Shown one piece after another: positions 26,019 through 26,156 of a DNA stretch of 26,156 nucleotides; within the stretch, counting starts at the first letter, position 1; each line of letters begins with the position of its first letter. The translations under genes and the position numbers were made by a program. The DNA comes from Oligoflexales bacterium (lineage in GTDB: Bacteria; Bdellovibrionota_B; Oligoflexia; Oligoflexales; CAIYRB01), in NCBI GenBank assembly GCA_041736175.1, contig JBGSUI010000034.1, forward strand, positions 1 to 26,156, written 5' to 3'. The notes below the pieces were generated by a model, which was given only the letters and a program-made list of their open reading frames with translations, did not search any database and was not told where the DNA came from.

Positions 26019-26156
26019 TACAGCTGTGCATATTTAAAAGGACATGCTAGTTAAATAAATGGACGTAAGTAATTGCGAATTAGTGCTGGTCTCCTTTGAA
26101 TTAGGGTAAAAACAGCTGTCAGGCAATCAACTAACTGAGTTTCTGTTTGAAAGTAT
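26019..26156 (-). mobile_element. IS630-family insertion sequence, right end (partial)
   Basis: A transposase-like tail is followed by about 30 nt of terminal sequence ending at TA, the IS630 target dinucleotide. Confidence 0.7.
26051..26155 (-). CDS. IS630-family transposase C-terminus (partial)
   Basis: Manual translation gives YFQTETQLVDCLTAVFTLIQRRPALIRNYLRPFI*, resembling the N.YF.T...L...L...F..IQ..P..I..YL.PF tail of IS630 transposases. Confidence 0.65.
   Translation of the reverse strand, partial: YFQTETQLVDCLTAVFTLIQRRPALIRNYLRPFI

Overview
Bacterial chromosomal segment. Secreted proteins and sigma-28-like promoters suggest Bdellovibrionota/Oligoflexia-like origin, but this is inference only. 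Each end carries a mobile element that breaks a host gene. At the left, the 3' end of a group II intron (domains V and VI, plus a probable intron-encoded protein tail) sits antisense in eutB and truncates it. At the right, the end of an IS630-family element cuts off the N-terminus of a DUF1501-like gene. Between them are an Xre/RES toxin-antitoxin pair, a porin, a GNAT, and an ARG-box-controlled arginine operon: argR - uncharacterised DUF1611/DgcN-like P-loop protein - argC - argD - argF' - argB. This operon lacks argA/argJ, and its transcarbamylase has Ser at the acetyl/succinyl specificity position. Further on are an F420-oxidoreductase-like gene, a secreted catalase-fold protein, a 1867-aa surface lipoprotein, a nucleotidyltransferase/RHH pair with a palindromic operator, a FecR-domain protein, two exported hypotheticals and an M48 peptidase. 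The best candidate for new biology is the arg operon, which may run an N-succinylated pathway started by a non-canonical glutamate N-acylating enzyme.
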